Of a stretch of DNA of 64,000 bases, positions 60,301-64,000 are shown one piece after another (position 1 is the stretch's first letter; each line of letters opens with the position of its first letter). The notes beneath the pieces are model-generated. The model was given only the letters and a program-made list of their open reading frames with translations, did not search any database and had not been told where the DNA came from. The DNA comes from Amoebophrya sp. A120 (Eukaryota > Protista > Dinoflagellata). The translations under genes were made by a program, and so were the position numbers. The DNA lies in contig CAJINV010000006.1 in assembly GCA_905178155.1 (NCBI GenBank), positions 4,579,795 through 4,643,794 on the forward strand, read 5' to 3'.

Positions 60301-62512
60301 GCCGGTCATACAATGCAAATTTCTTTAGAATCCAGAGACAGCATCACAAGTTTAGAATCTTCCAGACCCAGACATTTTTGCATTTGATAGACGCCAGCGA
60401 CTGGCAGTCCAACTGTGGGGTTCAATACTGTTTTTCACGGTGGTATCGCAAGAAAAAACTGTTTCACTGTAAACCTGTAATGCAGAAAATGCATGACTGA
60501 AGTGTTTGTCTTGCTACACATGCAAGACAAGTGATTTTTAGCGGTGTGTTCGCTTCGGCTCCTCGCATGGCAAGTTTTCTTTGTAATGTGTAGCGAACTT
60601 GTAATGCAAAACTTGCAAAATCCTTCCAGCGAAACAGTTTTTTCTTGCGATAGGTGGCGCGGGGGCGCCAGCAGCCAGCACGCTTGTTTTATCGTCGCAC
60701 CAAGTAGAACATCTTGCGACGGGACCAAATAGCTACGCTAACGCCAGCGCCTTGTCAGGAGTTGCAGAACAAGGTCACTCGTCCTCGTGCGGCACTGCAC
60801 GTCAAAGCGGAGGCAGTACTACTGCTATCGGGTTCTTTAATATCCAAGGAAAAAACTGTGTTGGTGTAAGTCTTTTGGGAAAACTGCATCACAAGTTTGT
60901 CTGCCACGACAGGAAAAACTTGTTATGCGCAGATAGGAAGGGAAAACACAGAGAAAGCGAGCCGATAATGCATGTCGAGCATGATAAAGATAAGTGTGAC
61001 TGTTTTGCATTTTCTGCATCACAGATTTACTTTTACACTTACAAACACAGTTTTTTTCTTGCATATTTGAAGCAGTCCCACCCCCGCCTCCTCGTCCCGA
61101 ACGGGCGGACTCGTTGGTCGTTATGGGGACAACTGCGGGTCCTACTTCTGCAAATGCTAATCGGTTGTGCCACGACCTGCCAGGCACGATCCCCTCGCCG
61201 CCAGGAAATACCAGTTCCTCTGACGCGGCTAGTACAACACAGGATCTTCTTGAACCTCACATGCACAACAACAATCCGCCAGCGTTGCTGTTCCCGACCA
61301 TACCGGCGTGCCCGTCCCAGCCGCACGTCGTGATTGCAGGAGCTGCCCAAGAACAGCAAGAATTGAGAGCAGAAACAACAGCTCCATCAGGCGGAGATGA
61401 GCTTGTCGTGGTACACGATATGCCAGGCGGGTATTCGGCGATCACCTCTCCTTCCATCACCAACGCGGGAGGACATCAACTCGAGGACCACGATCCTTTT
61501 CTAGACGCGTGCTTCTATCCGGAATACAGTGTGACTGTTAACGGGGAAGACGCGGACTGTAGCGCGAGCACCAGTTACTACAATGAAAAATGCCCTCACC
61601 CCGGAATTTGCAACAGTTTGTCATGCGAAGTTTCCAAATGAAAGGTTTTTGTCTTGCATAAAAGGGCTGTGAGCCTCTCTGATGCAGAATCTAGGTGCGC
61701 AAGAAGGTGTCTTGTCCAACAGCAACCGGATCTGTTAAACAGATCCGGTTGCTGTTGGGCTCCTTTGCAACACAAATTTAAGCTCTTCAGCATCGAAAAT
61801 TTGTGAAGCTGAGATACGCATGACGGGGAATCATGTTTATGTTTCCATTGGAAAGGTTTGCCTTTGCACAACAAATGCTGCCAAGTTCCGGTGTGGGGGC
61901 ATTTTTCATTGTAAGACCAGTGTTGGTGGCGGTGGTCCTGCTCGCCCAGCGCAATCGCCGATAACTACGCTTGTCGCGGCTAATGCGGATCATAATGGAG
62001 AGGACCGTGCAGCAGGAGCGTCATCGTCAACATCCTGCGAATCTTCGTCAGACGACGCGGACGAGGAGTCGTTCCGCGCTTGTTCCGACGGAGAGCAAGA
62101 AGTAGGTGAAGAAGATACAACCCCCAGCAGCTCCGTCTGTACTAGTCGTCTTTCCTGCGACGTCGATGATGATACTGTATCATCTTGTTCGGGAGAGGAA
62201 GATCAAGATGCTTCGTCCGACTACACCGGAACATCTTCTAGTAGCCCGTGCAACAACTCCCCTACGTCTGACGCAAGAGGACCATGGTCGTCGGATTTTT
62301 CTCCTAATGTGGGAAAGCTGGCAGTCGCAGGGGACGATGTCGACGGAGATGAATCTGTGGATAATGTGGAAGATGCAGGAGCGGATGTTTCTCATGCGGA
62401 AATGGAAGATGAAGAACAATTTTTACAACAACAGCGAGAACAGAGGGACGAGGCGTTTGTGAAAATGTTGAAAAAGGTGATGCAAAAGGCGCTCGAAGAT
62501 GAGGTGCAATAA
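48332..62512 (+). CDS. Gene 6: ~2,734-aa single-domain voltage-gated cation channel (Ion_trans fold, BacNav/EukCat-like), 24 exons
   Basis: After splicing: S1 LIFLNMLVLGIETD, S2 LEVFFFLAFSFELYLRL, S3 DPYWVLFDLSIIL, S4 LRTLSLLRILRFLKLL, S5 ISWILILLLLFLYVNALFLVRFIG, pore FGTVTQAIYHLFVVFTLEEW, S6 YFVAFIMVTNFIVFSLVIAMAL; 22 introners plus 1 GT-AG intron; 8205 nt, divisible by 3. Confidence 0.85.
48773..49034. mobile_element. Introner family A
   Basis: TSD GTCAT/ATCAT. Confidence 0.9.
49083..49241. mobile_element. Introner family B
   Basis: TSD AGTAC/AGTAC. Confidence 0.88.
49406..49681. mobile_element. Introner family A, reverse orientation
   Basis: TSD GTGGT/GTGGT. Confidence 0.9.
50112..50269. 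mobile_element. Introner family B (splits channel S1)
   Basis: TSD TGATT/TGATT. Confidence 0.9.
50359..50531. mobile_element. Introner family B (diverged; splits S2)
   Basis: TSD TAGAG/TAGAG. Confidence 0.88.
50773..51045. mobile_element. Introner family A
   Basis: TSD GGCTT/GGCTT. Confidence 0.9.
51371..51578 (+). other. Canonical GT-AG intron in the channel gene
   Basis: AG|GTAAAT...CATACAG|GC restores frame. Confidence 0.65.
51936..52173. mobile_element. Introner, singleton (TIR TATGGCGTTCTCAA..GTTACATTCTCAA)
   Basis: TSD CGACG/CGACG. Confidence 0.92.
52446..52707. mobile_element. Introner family A
   Basis: TSD AGATG/AGATG. Confidence 0.92.
53480..53631. mobile_element. Introner family B
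   Basis: TSD CCCGA/CCCGA. Confidence 0.9.
53704..53858. mobile_element. Introner family B
   Basis: TSD GTCAA/GCTAA; frame restored. Confidence 0.82.
54574..54720. mobile_element. Introner family B
   Basis: TSD AGTGC/AGTGC. Confidence 0.9.
54776..55096. mobile_element. Introner, singleton (TIR TACCAAAAGGAAAAATCCC / GGGATTTTTCCTTCTGATA)
   Basis: TSD CCGAA/CCGAA; frame restored (STP|NKRK). Confidence 0.88.
55314..55480. mobile_element. Introner family E
   Basis: TSD AAAGA/AAAGA. Confidence 0.9.
55545..55792. mobile_element. Introner family A (splits S3)
   Basis: TSD TTTTC/TTTTC. Confidence 0.92.
56288..56442. mobile_element. Introner family D (splits S6)
   Basis: TSD GGTCA/GTTCA; frame restored. 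Confidence 0.9.
57076..57348. mobile_element. Introner family A
   Basis: TSD TCTGG/TCTGG. Confidence 0.92.
57971..58230. mobile_element. Introner family A
   Basis: TSD TTACG/TTACG. Confidence 0.92.
58281..59215. mobile_element. Introner family B carrying a nested ~780-bp GAGAGG/CCTCTC-rich insertion (~58407-59186)
   Basis: TSD TGGGA/TGGGA; frame restored (GNG|KFEK). Confidence 0.88.
60121..60389. mobile_element. Introner family A (left end CA instead of TA)
   Basis: TSD GACGC/GACGC. Confidence 0.9.
60444..60652. mobile_element. Introner family E
   Basis: TSD GGTGG/GGTGG. Confidence 0.9.
60841..61065. mobile_element. Introner family E
   Basis: TSD TTTAA/TTTGA; frame restored. Confidence 0.86.
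61576..61916. mobile_element. Introner, singleton (TIR TACAATGAAAAATGCCC)
   Basis: TSD CCAGT/CCAGT; frame restored. Confidence 0.86.
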
Positions 62513-64000
62513 AACTAGGAAGCCTTCTACAAGTAGCACGAGCGCGACAGGATAACGATAAGTGCAAGCTTCCTCTGTGCCTGTCCTATCCTCGTAAGTA
62601 GGTCGTTGTGTGCAGGAAACAGAAACTACTGTTGCAGCACTGTGGTGAGAAACGAAGTTATCCTCTACTGGGTCTGTCTCTGTCCTACTAAAGGCGAAGC
62701 TGGAGAATCAATTATCTTTTTTTAATGCGAAAAGGAAAATTCTCTCCGTTCGAACAATCCAAGTTCGAGCTGGTAGTTCAAAGTACTAGTTTGAGTTTCT
62801 TCCGTGATGTTTTTTTATCGAGTTCATCACTTACACTTTCATTTAGATGACTTTTATCGCAAGAATTGCGATTCATCCTTTCATTGAGCAAGTCTGTCGT
62901 GCTAAAAATTGTATGACCAGAATAAAGAGTAAGAGTCGGTACGCAAGTCAAGTATTTCATCTAAACAAGCAAGAGCACGAGCCCACGTTAGCGCATTGAT
63001 GATGTACAGAGTTTTAGCTTTTACGTTGGCAGAGCCATTCATTTCTAATTCGATTTTTGGAATCCGCATCCAGTTCTGGACGTTGTTACACTTTTTTTTC
63101 AAACGCCGAAGATCGGCTTTCGACGTACTTGCATGTATGGACCATGACGACCAACCGCGACCACGTCCACGTTTCAACAACTGTATATATGAGGATGAGC
63201 ATTGACGTGACATGCGATTATATCACGGCGGATTTCTTCGTCTTTGACTTTGTAATATCGAAGCCAACATTTCGCACTGCTTGGCTCCATTTTGACTACA
63301 ACACCATAACAAAAGAGATTAAACTTCAACACCGGACGAGCGGCGGTAATTGTATGACGTTCAGAAGTAGATTCCTCAATACGACCCACCTACCCTTCTT
63401 GGGTGGAGCCGTGTTCGTAACGATTTTAGCAGTTTTTACAATGGAGCGGCCCGTTGTTGTTCTGAGTTCTGACAGTTGTTCGTGACATGAGACCAACTAG
63501 TGTTTATTACACCTGTGCGGCGAAAGTGACACCGAAAGCGAAAAGTTGTTTGCAAACGCGAGTATGCAGCTGCGCTGCGCGATCGATCAAAGCCGTTTAT
63601 CTTTATGCCTTCGCTTTTATTTCGTGGCAGCCTCGTCGTAATTATCGCTCCTCGTCGTCGCAATTATTCGTCGTCGGAATCCGAATCGTTTCATTCCTGT
63701 TGGGTTGATATGTTTTTCTTTGTCGCATTCGCTTTCGAGCAGTCGATACGCTGCGTTTATAAATTCTGAAAAACTTCTACTCAGTCGTCGATCTGTTATT
63801 GAATAGGCTGACAGCAGCTGCACATGATCAAGACACCTGTTCATGGAAGAAGATGCATGTCGAGGACCACATTCACCCGCCCACAAAAATTGTCCACAAC
63901 TCCAGGAGTATAATCGGTGAAGAACGACGAGTTGAAAGCGCACCGCAAGTAGCTTTTCGTCCGAGTTCGCGAGGGACGCGTTTTATTCTTGCGGAGGACG

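Noticed and set aside
3612-61916. Ciliate germline IESs with pointers
   Set aside because: Standard genetic code, roughly balanced GC and long family-level TIRs fit Amoebophrya-type introners better; DNA-level excision is kept only as a testable alternative.
62520-64000. Short ORFs at the window end
   Set aside because: No homology, no coding-like composition and no introner-joined frame.

Overview
Eukaryotic genomic DNA whose architecture matches what is described for the parasitic dinoflagellate Amoebophrya (Syndiniales): co-oriented genes riddled with non-canonical introner introns. The taxon is inferred, not proven. I can reconstruct five large + strand genes, one single-exon gene and one doubtful short gene. 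The large genes are interrupted by 50 TIR-bounded elements (nearly all TA...TA, 5-bp target duplication; five families plus five singletons). Removing each element plus one TSD copy restores the reading frame in every case. The only recognisable protein is a ~2,730-aa single-domain (6-TM) voltage-gated cation channel with a TLEEW filter and a ~1,000-aa S2-S3 linker. The most unusual feature is a 6.1-kb array at 35564-41720 inside the 3' coding end of a gene. There a ~35-45-bp exonic sequence (DFDLIGNYKQDDDE) is repeated six times and separates five different 0.9-1.6-kb non-coding, transposon-like cassettes. A solo relative of one cassette at 8164-9281 is flanked by its own perfect 41-bp duplication. 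Together these suggest a repeat-duplicating, serial-capture integration mechanism distinct from the 5-bp-TSD introners.
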